A stretch of DNA of 64,000 bases from Candidatus Poriferisocius sp. (lineage in GTDB: Bacteria > Actinomycetota > Acidimicrobiia > Acidimicrobiales > Bin134). The notes under the pieces are model-generated. The model ran no database searches, was not told the origin of the DNA, and worked only from the letters and a program-made list of their open reading frames with translations. Shown piece after piece: positions 31,903-41,541 of this stretch. Numbering within the stretch: position 1 is the first letter of the stretch; every line of letters begins with the position of its first letter. The stretch is taken from contig NZ_OZ241977.1 of NCBI RefSeq assembly GCF_965204145.1, positions 1,754,887 to 1,818,886 of the forward strand, given 5' to 3'. The translations under genes and the position numbers were made by a program.

Positions 31903-33108
31903 ATGGGCGAGCGGATTTTCTATGCGGCCAGCGTGCATGACGAGGCCGAGATCGAAGCGGTGACAGAGGTGCTGCGGGGCGGGGCGGCGGCGCTGTGGCC
32001 GGGGCGCAACGTCACCGCCTTCGAGTGGGCGGTGGCCGAGCGGTTCGGCAAAGGGCGTGGGCTCATGTGCAACTCGGGGTCCTCTGCGCTGTATCTGGCG
32101 GTGGAGCTGGCCGACTTGCCGCCGGGCAGCGAGGTGATCACTGCGGCGGTGACCTTCTCCACCGATGTGGCCCCGCTGGTGCGAGCCGGGCTGGTGCCGG
32201 TGTTCGCCGACGTGGACCCCGACACCTACCAGATCGACGTCGATTCCATCGAGAGCCTCATCAGCCCCGACACCCGGGCCGTCTTGGCCCCTAACCTCAT
32301 CGGCAACGCCCCCGACTGGGATGCCATCCGGGCTATCGCCAACCGCCACGGGCTGTTCGTGATCGAGGACAGCTGCGACGCCCTGGGGCCAATGCTGCGG
32401 GGCACGCCCACCGGCACCCGCAGCGACCTCACCGTCACCAGCTTCGCGTCGTCGCACATCATCACCTGCGCGGGCAACGGCGGGATGGTGCTGCTCGACG
32501 ACGAAGACCTGCGAGACCGGGGTCTGCTGCTGCGCCGCTGGGGACGCCGCTCCGAGCTGCACTTCTACGGCTCCAAGCGCCGGGACCGGAACTTCTGGGA
32601 AGACCTCGACGGCATCCACTACGACAACCAGTTCATCTTCGACGAGCTGGCCTGGAACTTCGAGCCCTCCGAGATCGGGGCCGCCTTCGGTCGCCAGCAG
32701 CTGCACAAGGTGCCCGCCAACTTCGCCCGGCGCACCCGGAGCTTCGATCTCTACACGGATTTCTTCTCGGCCCACGCCGACCGCTTCCGCCTCCCCCGCC
32801 AGACCGAGGGGCTGGACACCGCCTGGCTGTGCTACCCGCTCACCATCGCGCCCGACGCCGGCTTCGTGCGGGCCGACCTCCAGGCCCATCTCGACGGCAA
32901 CGGGGTGGACACCCGCACGGTGTGGACCGGCAACGCCGCCCGCCAGCCGTTCATGGCCGGAGTGGACTTCCGCCAACCCGAAGCCGGGCTGCCCAACGCC
33001 GACGCCATCATGGAACGGGGCGTGGTGCTCCCCATGAACCACTCCCTCGACGACGAAGACATCGGCTACGTGATCAGCCTGATAGAAACTTTCTTGACCA
33101 CTACCTAA
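31903..33108 (+). CDS. DegT/DnrJ/EryC1/StrS family PLP enzyme (RfbH/ColD-like)
   Basis: NSGSSA, IEDSCDALG, SFASSHIIT. Confidence 0.85.
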   Translation: MGERIFYAASVHDEAEIEAVTEVLRGGAAALWPGRNVTAFEWAVAERFGKGRGLMCNSGSSALYLAVELADLPPGSEVITAAVTFSTDVAPLVRAGLVPVFADVDPDTYQIDVDSIESLISPDTRAVLAPNLIGNAPDWDAIRAIANRHGLFVIEDSCDALGPMLRGTPTGTRSDLTVTSFASSHIITCAGNGGMVLLDDEDLRDRGLLLRRWGRRSELHFYGSKRRDRNFWEDLDGIHYDNQFIFDELAWNFEPSEIGAAFGRQQLHKVPANFARRTRSFDLYTDFFSAHADRFRLPRQTEGLDTAWLCYPLTIAPDAGFVRADLQAHLDGNGVDTRTVWTGNAARQPFMAGVDFRQPEAGLPNADAIMERGVVLPMNHSLDDEDIGYVISLIETFLTTT

Positions 33109-33149
33109 TTCCCAGCATTCCCTAATCCCCAGAATCAAAGGAGAACCCC

Positions 33150-34235
33150 ATGCGCGGCGCCGTATTGCACACCAGCCCCGGCGAACTCGTCGTCGAGAAC
33201 CTGACCGTCGACAAGCCGAATGCCAACGAGGTGCTCATCAACACCACCCATGCCGGGCTGTGCCACTCCGACCTGCACTTCATGGACGGGCACTGGCCGG
33301 TGATGGAGTCGATGGTGATGGGCCACGAGTCGGCCGGTGTGGTGGCCGCGGTGGGCGAGGACGTGACCTATGTGAAACCCGGCGACCACGTCATCACCTG
33401 TGTGTCGATGTGGTGCGGAGTGTGTCGCATGTGCCTCCAAGGCAAGCCCTACCTGTGCCTCGATGCCGATTCCATGCGCTCGGGCCGCCCCACCCCGTCG
33501 CTGCGCTTTGACGACGGCCGGGGCTGCAACGCCTTCGCCGGACTGGGGTCATTTGCCGAGGAGCTGCTGGTGCACGAGCGGGCGGTGGTCAAGATCCGCG
33601 ACGACATGCCCCTCGACCGGGCCGCGCTGATCGGCTGCGGGGTCACCACCGGGCTGGGCGCGGTCATGCGCACTGCGGCGGTGCCCGCCGGCTCGAGCGT
33701 GGTGGTGATCGGCTGCGGCGGCATCGGGCTGTCGGCGGTGCAGGGCGCCCGCATCGTGGGGGCCACGCCGATCATCGCGGTGGACTTGGTGGCCTCCAAG
33801 CTGGAGATGGCCCGCACCCTGGGGGCCACCCACACGGTGAACCCATCGGAGACCGATCCGGTGGCCGCGGTCCACGAGATCACCGGGGGCGGCGCCGATT
33901 ACTCGTTCGAGGCCATCGGCCTGAGCGCCACTGCCGAGCAAGCCTGGGCCATGATCGGCATCGGCGGCACGGCCACGGTCATCGGGATGCTGCCCATGAC
34001 CAGCAAGGTGACCATCCCCGGCGGGGAGATCATCTTGAGCGAGAAGAAGCTCCAGGGGTCGCTGATGGGCAGCAACCGCTTCCGCCTGGACATGCCCAAG
34101 TTCATCGACCTCTACCTGGACGGGCGGCTCAAGCTGGACGAGATGGTGTCGGCCACCATCGACATCACCGAGGTGAACGACGGCTACGCCGCCATGAAGG
34201 CGGGCGAGACCCTGCGCTCGGTGATCGCGTTCTGA
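33150..34235 (+). CDS. Zn-dependent alcohol dehydrogenase
   Basis: GLCHSD, GHE, CGVCRMC, GCGGIG. Confidence 0.92.
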   Translation: MRGAVLHTSPGELVVENLTVDKPNANEVLINTTHAGLCHSDLHFMDGHWPVMESMVMGHESAGVVAAVGEDVTYVKPGDHVITCVSMWCGVCRMCLQGKPYLCLDADSMRSGRPTPSLRFDDGRGCNAFAGLGSFAEELLVHERAVVKIRDDMPLDRAALIGCGVTTGLGAVMRTAAVPAGSSVVVIGCGGIGLSAVQGARIVGATPIIAVDLVASKLEMARTLGATHTVNPSETDPVAAVHEITGGGADYSFEAIGLSATAEQAWAMIGIGGTATVIGMLPMTSKVTIPGGEIILSEKKLQGSLMGSNRFRLDMPKFIDLYLDGRLKLDEMVSATIDITEVNDGYAAMKAGETLRSVIAF

Positions 34236-34276
34236 GCGACCCCTCCCCTGCTGCAACATCGAAAAGGAGCACGACA

Positions 34277-35074
34277 ATGGGACAACTTGACGACCGGGTG
34301 GCGGTGGTCACCGGCGGCGCTGACGGCATCGGCCACGGCATCTGCCGGCGCTTCGCCGCCGAGGGGGCCACGCTGTTGGTCACCGACATCGATGGCGAGG
34401 CCGCCGAGCGGGTGGCCGGCGAACTGATCGACGAGTTCAATGTCGACGCCCGGCCGATGCGGGTGGATGTGGCCGACAAAGACGAGGTTTTGGCCATGGT
34501 GGACGCGGCGATCGACCACTGGGGACGTCTGGACGTGCTCATCAACAATGCCTGGGGCGGCGGAGAGCTGTGCCGGGTGGAGGTCAAGACCGACCAGCTC
34601 ATGAACGACGCCATGCACGTGGGGCTGTACGGCCCGCTGTGGGCCATGCAGGCCGCCTTCCGGGTCATGCGGGACCAGGAGTACGGCCGGATCGTGAACC
34701 TGTGCTCGCTCAACGGGGTGAACGCCCACATGGGCACGCTGGAGTACAACTGCGCCAAAGAGGCGCTGCGCACACTCAGCCGCACCGCGGCTCGGGAGTG
34801 GGCCCCCTACGGCATCGTGGTGAATGTGATCTGCCCGGGCGCCAAAACCGCGTCGGCCCGACGCGTGGAGCAGATGATGCCCGACCTCATCCGCAACGCC
34901 GAGGCGGCCAACCCCATGGGCCGCATGGGCGACCCCGAGGGCGACATCGCCCCAGTGGCATTGTTCTTGTCGACCGAGGACGCCCAGTACCTCACCGGCA
35001 ACACGCTGTATGTGGACGGCGGCAGCCACATCAACGGCGCCAACTGGGCCCCCGACATGCCGGAAACTGGATGA
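34277..35074 (+). CDS. SDR oxidoreductase
   Basis: TGGADGIG, NNA, YNCAK. Confidence 0.9.
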   Translation: MGQLDDRVAVVTGGADGIGHGICRRFAAEGATLLVTDIDGEAAERVAGELIDEFNVDARPMRVDVADKDEVLAMVDAAIDHWGRLDVLINNAWGGGELCRVEVKTDQLMNDAMHVGLYGPLWAMQAAFRVMRDQEYGRIVNLCSLNGVNAHMGTLEYNCAKEALRTLSRTAAREWAPYGIVVNVICPGAKTASARRVEQMMPDLIRNAEAANPMGRMGDPEGDIAPVALFLSTEDAQYLTGNTLYVDGGSHINGANWAPDMPETG

Positions 35075-35865
35075 GCGCAAACCAAAAGATGGCCGGCAAG
35101 GTGGCCATCGTCACCGGGGCGGGGCCGGGGTTGGGGCGGTCGTGTGCGCTGGCCATGGCCTCGGATGGCGCCGACCTGGCCCTGGCGGCCCGCCGGGTGG
35201 AGCCGCTTGAGGCGCTGGCCGCCGAGGTGGCCGCGGCCACTGGACGACGGGTGCTGGCCATTCCCACCGACATCGCCCACCACGACTCGGCCGCGGCTCT
35301 GGCCGACACCGCGGCCGCCGAGTTGGGTCGGGTGGACGCGGTGGTGAATGTGGCCACCGCCGGAGGCGCCCGCGCCGCGGTGGCCGACATCGACTGGGGC
35401 GACTACCGCTACTCCTTCGAGCTGAACGTGATCGGCACCCTGGAGGTGAGCCGCCGGGCCGCGGTGCACATGAAGGCTGCCGGCGGCGGTTCGATCGTGC
35501 AGATCAGCACGCTCAGCACCCACTCGGTGCCCGAAAAGATGGCCATCTACACCTCCACCAAATCGGCCATGCAAACCGCATCCATGGTGATGGCCCGCGA
35601 GCTGGGCCCCCACAACATCCGGGTGAACATCGTGACTCCGGGCTACATCACCGGTGACAACCTCGACCGGCTGTGGGGCAACATCGCCGAGCAGACCGGC
35701 AAGACCGCCCAACAGGTCTCCGACCGGGCGGCCCGGGCCGCGGCCCTCAACCGCCACGTCGACCCCGAAGACATCGCCGAGGCCGTGCTGTTTCTGGCTT
35801 CGGAGCGGGGCCGGGGGGTGACCGGCCAAGAGATCCGGGTGGACGCCGGCCAGGTGATCGGCTGA
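35071..35865 (+). CDS. SDR oxidoreductase
   Basis: TGAGPGLG, YTSTK; ATGA overlap at 35071. Confidence 0.88.
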   Translation: MSANQKMAGKVAIVTGAGPGLGRSCALAMASDGADLALAARRVEPLEALAAEVAAATGRRVLAIPTDIAHHDSAAALADTAAAELGRVDAVVNVATAGGARAAVADIDWGDYRYSFELNVIGTLEVSRRAAVHMKAAGGGSIVQISTLSTHSVPEKMAIYTSTKSAMQTASMVMARELGPHNIRVNIVTPGYITGDNLDRLWGNIAEQTGKTAQQVSDRAARAAALNRHVDPEDIAEAVLFLASERGRGVTGQEIRVDAGQVIG

Positions 35866-35881
35866 GCGGCCTGCCCCCGGT

Positions 35882-37093
35882 CTAGGCCTGCTCTTTGGCC
35901 AGAACGTCGGCCATGGTGTCGAACAGGATGCCGATCTCGTGGTCGGTGATCACCAAGGGCGGACAGATGGCCAGCCCGGTGCCCACCGGCCGCAGCACGA
36001 CTCCGGCCTCCAGCAGTCGCATCCGGGGGACCGCGGCGTCGTAGCCCAACTCGGCGGCGTATACCGCTCCGGTCCCCCGGTAGCTCTGGATGATCCCGTC
36101 GGCCTGAAGGGCGGCGAGACCCTCGGTGAGCTTTTTGGCCAGGTGCGGCACCCTCGCCACGAGCTGCTCTTTCTCCATCAGGGCCAGGTTGGCCACCCCG
36201 GCGGCCATGCCGGCGGGGTGCCCGGCGTAGGTGTACCCGGTGCGCAGGGTATATCCGGGCTGCTCCAACAAATCGCACACCGCCCGGCTGGCGATGACAC
36301 CGCCTACCGGCTGATAGCCGGAGGTGACCCCTTTGGCAAAGGTCATCAGGTCGGGCGTCACGCCGTAGTGCTGGGCACCGAACCACGAACCGGTGCGGCC
36401 GAACCCGCAGATCACCTCGTCGAGGATCAGCAGGGCTCCGTGCTGGTCGCACAGCCGCCGCAGTCCCTCCAAGTAGCCGTCGGACGGCGGATATACGCCT
36501 CCCGCCCCTTGCACCGGCTCGGTGATGACGGCGGCCACCCGGCCCTCGTTGGCGGCCATGGTGGTGCTCACCGCCTCGATGTCGTCGCGGGGAACCTCGA
36601 TGAAATGGGGCACCAGATCACCCCACCCCTCCCGGTTGCCGGCGATGCCCTGGGCCGTGGTGCCTCCGAAGTTGGTGCCGTGGTAGGCATCGGTGCGCCG
36701 GATGATCACCTGACGATCGGTATCGCCCCGGAGCTGGTGTACCGCCCGGGCGATCTTCAGCGCGGAGTCCACCGCCTCCGACCCCGAGCCGCAGAAGAAC
36801 ACCCGTCCATCGGGATGCGGCGAGCGCTCGGCCACCATCGAGGCCAGCTCTTCGGCCGGCTGGTTCGTGAACGGGGCGAACGTCTGATAGGCGTCCAACA
36901 GGCGCATCTGGTCGGCCACCGCGTCGATGATCTCGGCCCGACCATGGCCCACCTGGCAATACCAAAGGCTGGCCAGGGCATCGAGATACCGCTTTCCCTG
37001 GTCATCCCAGAGCGTGCAGCCCTCAGCCCGCACGATGGTGATGAAGTCATCGGCCGCGGGTGGAGCGAATCCATGCAAGAACTTGGTAGGCAC
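35882..37093 (-). CDS. Class III aminotransferase
   Basis: SGSEA, EPVQG, DEVICGFGRTG, FAKG. Confidence 0.9.
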   Translation of the reverse strand: MPTKFLHGFAPPAADDFITIVRAEGCTLWDDQGKRYLDALASLWYCQVGHGRAEIIDAVADQMRLLDAYQTFAPFTNQPAEELASMVAERSPHPDGRVFFCGSGSEAVDSALKIARAVHQLRGDTDRQVIIRRTDAYHGTNFGGTTAQGIAGNREGWGDLVPHFIEVPRDDIEAVSTTMAANEGRVAAVITEPVQGAGGVYPPSDGYLEGLRRLCDQHGALLILDEVICGFGRTGSWFGAQHYGVTPDLMTFAKGVTSGYQPVGGVIASRAVCDLLEQPGYTLRTGYTYAGHPAGMAAGVANLALMEKEQLVARVPHLAKKLTEGLAALQADGIIQSYRGTGAVYAAELGYDAAVPRMRLLEAGVVLRPVGTGLAICPPLVITDHEIGILFDTMADVLAKEQA

Positions 37094-37155
37094 CGCCGAA
37101 TTCTACCCACCGCCGATTCAATTACCGGCCACCGGGAGTGGGATAGTGCGGGCAT

Positions 37156-38217
37156 ATGAAGCTGGGAATCGGGGTGGACATTTGGAACCAGGCCAGGCTG
37201 AATACCTCGCTGGCCGAAGAGCAGTTGGCCAGGGTGCAACTGGCCGAGCGACTGGGGTACGACTCGGTGTGGTCGGCAGAGATCTACGGCGTTGACGCCA
37301 TCACCCCGCTGGCCTGGATCGCGGCCCACACCCGCCACATCCGCCTGGGCACCGCGGTGTGCCAGGTGGCCGCCCGACCGGCGGTGACCGCGGCCATGCA
37401 GTTCGGCACCCTGGAGGCGCTGGCCGGGCCGGGGCGGGCCATCTGCGGACTGGGCCTGTCGGGTCCCCAGATCGTGGAGGGGTGGTACGGCCAGCCGTGG
37501 GGCAAGCCCAATGCCCTGCTGCGCGACTACGTGTCGATCATCAAAAAGGTGTTCGCCCGCCAGGGGCCGCTGACCCACGACGGGTCGCAGATCAGCCTGC
37601 CCTTTGCCGGCGAGGGCGCCCTGGGCGTGGGCAAGCCGCTCAAGTCGATCCTGCACATGAACCCCGACATCCCGGTGTTCCTGGCCACCGGCGGGCCGGC
37701 CAACACCGCGCTGATGGCCGAGCTGGCCGACGGGTGGCTGCCGCTGGGCTACACCCCCGGCAGCGCCCACCTCTACACCGAGGCCATCCAAAAGGGGCTC
37801 GACCGGGCCGGGCGCACCTGGGACGACATCGAGATCCAGGCCGGGTCCCGAGTGTCGATCACAAACGACGTGCAGGGGGTCATCGACGAGGCCAAGCCCC
37901 AGTTCGCCTTTCTGGTGGGGGGCTACGGCACCCGGGAGTACAACTTCCACCGCGACGCCATGGTGCGGCGAGGATTCGGCGAGGCCGCCGAGCGCATCCA
38001 GGAGCTGTTCATGGCCGGGCGCCGGGACGAGGCGGTGGCCGCGGTGCCCGACGAGTACATCGACGACGGTGCGCTAATCGGCTCCCGCCAGCGCATCAAA
38101 GAACGCTTTTCTCGCTGGTGCGACACCAAGGCCACCGGCCTCACCATCAGGGCCGACACCGACGAGGAGCTGGCTTATATCGCCGAACTCGCCGAGGCGA
38201 AACCTCGGACTACTTAG
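37156..38217 (+). CDS. LLM-class (probably F420-dependent) oxidoreductase
   Basis: AERLGYDSVWSAE, GLGLSGPQIVEGWYG. Confidence 0.88.
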   Translation: MKLGIGVDIWNQARLNTSLAEEQLARVQLAERLGYDSVWSAEIYGVDAITPLAWIAAHTRHIRLGTAVCQVAARPAVTAAMQFGTLEALAGPGRAICGLGLSGPQIVEGWYGQPWGKPNALLRDYVSIIKKVFARQGPLTHDGSQISLPFAGEGALGVGKPLKSILHMNPDIPVFLATGGPANTALMAELADGWLPLGYTPGSAHLYTEAIQKGLDRAGRTWDDIEIQAGSRVSITNDVQGVIDEAKPQFAFLVGGYGTREYNFHRDAMVRRGFGEAAERIQELFMAGRRDEAVAAVPDEYIDDGALIGSRQRIKERFSRWCDTKATGLTIRADTDEELAYIAELAEAKPRTT

Positions 38218-39400
38218 CCGTCAGCTTGGCCGGGATGGGCAAATGCGACATGCCACCGGGCAGCGGCGGGTAAGTCGCCCCCGCAACCACTGACATCTCC
38301 GCCACCCGGTCGCAGAGCACGTTGACCGCGCACGATGCCTCGATGCGGGCCAGGGTGGCGCCGGGGCAGATGTGGGGGCCACCGCCGAACCCCAGGTGGT
38401 CGCGGGGGTCGTCTCGGTCCAATCGGAATGCGTCGGGGTCGTCGTAGACCGTCTCATCTCGGTTGGCCGAGCCTATGCCTACTTCTACCCATTCTCCGGC
38501 GTGCATCTCTACTCCGTCGAGCGCGACGTCGTGGGTGCAGCGCCTGGTGGTGGCCTGCACCGGCGCGTCATGGCGCAGCGATTCCTCCACCAGCGGGCTC
38601 ACCAGGTCGCGGTCGGCCGATACCCGCTCGAACAGCTCTCGGTCCCGCAGCAGCCGGTGGGCCAGGTGTACCAGCAGCGCCCGGGTGGTGTGGACCCCGG
38701 CCATCACCATGAATTGGAGCTGAGTGACGATCTCGGTGTCGCTTAGCGGCACCCCGTCGATCTCTGCGTTCATCAGCCCGACAATCACATCGTGGGGCTG
38801 CTCTTCCCCGGCGGCGGCCGAGGCCCGGCGCCCAGCCAGCGCGTCTCTGAAGTAGTCGAGAATGGCCGGCCCTGTCGGCTTGATCCCCGGCGTGCCCGGT
38901 CGCTGCATGAGCGTGCCGTCGAACGACCAGCCCATGAACTTCTCGCCCGCCTCGGGAGGCAGCCCCATCAAGTCGGCCAGCGTGGCGCTGGGGATGGGCA
39001 TGGCGTAGCCCGCGTGCAGGTCGCCCTCACCCGCGTCCAGCATCGGGTCGAGCAGCCGGTGGCAGGTTCGGGTGACAAACTCCTCGGTGTTGCGCAACCG
39101 GTGGGGGGCGAAGTTGGAGTTGTACAACCGGCGGATGCGGCCGTGGCGGGGCTCAGGGATCTCGCTCAGAAACAGCTCTTCGGCTGGCACCACCTCGGTC
39201 CCCGACAACCCGGCCATGGGAGCCAGGTCGGCGACGAAAGTCTCCACTTCCTTGAGAGCAGTGTCGATGTGGCGCCGGGTCGAGAGATACCAGCCGCCTT
39301 TGGGCGATGGGCAGATGGGCTGCTCGGTGCGAATACGGGACAGCGTGTGAAAGGGGACCCCGTCGACTTCATGAGACGGGTCGCGGGCGTCGAATTCCAT
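38210..39400 (-). CDS. Cytochrome P450
   Basis: EESLR, SANRD, HLGFGGGPHICPG. Confidence 0.92.
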   Translation of the reverse strand: MEFDARDPSHEVDGVPFHTLSRIRTEQPICPSPKGGWYLSTRRHIDTALKEVETFVADLAPMAGLSGTEVVPAEELFLSEIPEPRHGRIRRLYNSNFAPHRLRNTEEFVTRTCHRLLDPMLDAGEGDLHAGYAMPIPSATLADLMGLPPEAGEKFMGWSFDGTLMQRPGTPGIKPTGPAILDYFRDALAGRRASAAAGEEQPHDVIVGLMNAEIDGVPLSDTEIVTQLQFMVMAGVHTTRALLVHLAHRLLRDRELFERVSADRDLVSPLVEESLRHDAPVQATTRRCTHDVALDGVEMHAGEWVEVGIGSANRDETVYDDPDAFRLDRDDPRDHLGFGGGPHICPGATLARIEASCAVNVLCDRVAEMSVVAGATYPPLPGGMSHLPIPAKLTAK

Positions 39401-39452
39401 GGGTGCACGGTAGTTGGGCTCTTGTCGGCCATGCCGCGTCTAGTCTCGGCCC

Positions 39453-40274
39453 GTGAACCATCCCCCCTACCTGTGTACCGGCACGCTGGGCCGGATCCCT
39501 TGGGAGGACAAGGCTCGGATTGCGTCAGAGGCCGGATTTGCCCGGCTGTCGATTTATGGGTGGGAGCACCGCAAGCTGCACGAACGGGGATGGGACGACA
39601 CAGACATTGTGAACCTATTGGACGATCTGGGCCTTCGGGTCGCCGAGTACGACGGGGTGGTAATGACGATGCGGTCCCCAGAGGGTGCCCAGGACGCGGT
39701 GGCTGCAGCCGTGGCATTGGGTGCCCGGTCGATCACGGTGCTCGAGCATTCCGACTGGCAGCCGGGCGAGCACCTGGATCAAGCCGCCGCGACACTGGCC
39801 GAGATCGCCGACCAGGCCGCCGAACACGGCATTTTGGCCCTTATAGAGCCGTTCGCCTGGTCGCCGCTGGACGACCACCGGGTAGCGGCTCAAATCGTCG
39901 AAAAGGCTGGTCGCCCCAACGCTGGGCTACTGCTCGACACCTGGCACCTGTGGCGGGGACCGGAACGGGGACAGTTGGACCCCGCCATCCACCCGGCCAT
40001 GATCAAGGCCATCCAGGTTGGCGACACTGGCCCTGCGCCGATTGGGACCCCGACGCCCGACGAGATTGCCTACGAATGCATCCACCATCGCCTCATGCCC
40101 GGTGAAGGCCACGGCGATATCGCTGAAATGCTGGCCGACTTCGCTGAGCGAGGGGTGGATGCCCCTATCGCGATAGAGGTGTTCTCCGACCAGCTCAATG
40201 CCCTCGAAACCGGCGAAGCTGCCCGTCGGTCGATGGCCTGCTTCGAGAATTTGAAAGCTAGATTGGCCTTGTGA
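39453..40274 (+). CDS. Sugar phosphate isomerase/epimerase (AP endonuclease 2 fold)
   Basis: IEP, LDTWH, PGEG, IEVFS. Confidence 0.8.
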   Translation: MNHPPYLCTGTLGRIPWEDKARIASEAGFARLSIYGWEHRKLHERGWDDTDIVNLLDDLGLRVAEYDGVVMTMRSPEGAQDAVAAAVALGARSITVLEHSDWQPGEHLDQAAATLAEIADQAAEHGILALIEPFAWSPLDDHRVAAQIVEKAGRPNAGLLLDTWHLWRGPERGQLDPAIHPAMIKAIQVGDTGPAPIGTPTPDEIAYECIHHRLMPGEGHGDIAEMLADFAERGVDAPIAIEVFSDQLNALETGEAARRSMACFENLKARLAL

Positions 40275-41470
40275 GCACTGACGGAATCCCCCAAGAAGTC
40301 GACGACGCCATCGACGCGCTGCTGGCCGAGCACGACCCGACCACCATGTCGGTGGAAGAGTTCCGCGGCTACCAGTACGACGCCGGGCTGGCCTGGGTCC
40401 ACTTCCCAGTAGGATTCGGCGGCCTCGGCTTGGCGCCCCGCTTCCAGCGCCATATCGAGACCCGCCTGCGCAACGCCGGCACCGGTTCTGCCGATCCCGG
40501 CATCTTCTTCTTCACTTTGGCCGGTCCCACCATCGTGACCCACGGCACCAACGAGCAGAAGCGCCGCTTTCTGCGGCCCATGTTCACCGGCGAAGAGCGC
40601 TGGTGCCAGCTGTTCTCCGAGCCGGGCGCGGGCAGCGATTTCGCCGGACTGGCCACCCGGGCAGTGCGCGACGGCGACGTGTGGACCGTGGAAGGCCAGA
40701 AGGTGTGGAACACCCTCGCCCACCTGGCTGACCGGGGCATGCTCGTAGCCCGAAGCAATCCCGACGCCCCCAAACACAAGGGTATGACGTATTTCGCTCT
40801 GGACATGCATGCCGAGGGGGTGGAGGTACGCCCGCTGCGCCAGATCACCGGCGAGGCCGAGTTCAACGAGGTGTATATGACCAACGTGCAGGTGCCCGAT
40901 GCTGACCGGATTGGCGACGAGGGCGAGGGCTGGGGGGTAGCGCTCACCACGTTGATGAACGAGCGCACCGTGATCGGGGGCGGCGGTTCCCCCAAACGGG
41001 GCTCAGGCAGCATTGCCGAACTGGTGCAGGTGTGGGCCGAGTTGCCCGACGAGCAGCGCACCTCGGCCCGCTTGGACCGGGTGATGAAGCTGTGGAGCCA
41101 AGCGGAGACGCTGCGGCTCACCAACATGCGGGCCTCGCAGAACCGCCGGGCCGGCAATCCCGGTCCGGAGGGCTCGGTGGCCAAGGCCATCCACGCCGAG
41201 TTGAACAAGTCCATCTTCGAGGAGTGCATAAACCTTCAGGGCCTGGCCGGATCAGTGGATTTCGACTACACCTTCCGCCGTCCTGACGTGGTCTCAGAAA
41301 CCGGCGCCGAGAACGGCTTGGGCCACGCTTTCTTGAGGTCCCGGGCCAACTCCATCGAGGGCGGCACCACCGAGATCATGCGCAACATCCTGGGCGAGCA
41401 AATCCTCGGCCTCCCCGGCGAGCCCCGAGTGGACAAAGCCATCCCCTGGAACGAAGTCCCCCGCAACTGA
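40271..41470 (+). CDS. Acyl-CoA dehydrogenase
   Basis: WCQLFSEPGAGSD, GQKVW, SIEGGTTEI. Confidence 0.92.
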   Translation: MSTDGIPQEVDDAIDALLAEHDPTTMSVEEFRGYQYDAGLAWVHFPVGFGGLGLAPRFQRHIETRLRNAGTGSADPGIFFFTLAGPTIVTHGTNEQKRRFLRPMFTGEERWCQLFSEPGAGSDFAGLATRAVRDGDVWTVEGQKVWNTLAHLADRGMLVARSNPDAPKHKGMTYFALDMHAEGVEVRPLRQITGEAEFNEVYMTNVQVPDADRIGDEGEGWGVALTTLMNERTVIGGGGSPKRGSGSIAELVQVWAELPDEQRTSARLDRVMKLWSQAETLRLTNMRASQNRRAGNPGPEGSVAKAIHAELNKSIFEECINLQGLAGSVDFDYTFRRPDVVSETGAENGLGHAFLRSRANSIEGGTTEIMRNILGEQILGLPGEPRVDKAIPWNEVPRN

Positions 41471-41541
41471 GCCCGATCCGTCGTGGCGGATCATTACCTA
41501 CTCGAGTTTTCTGCGAATTTTCACTCCAAATGGAGGAGGAT

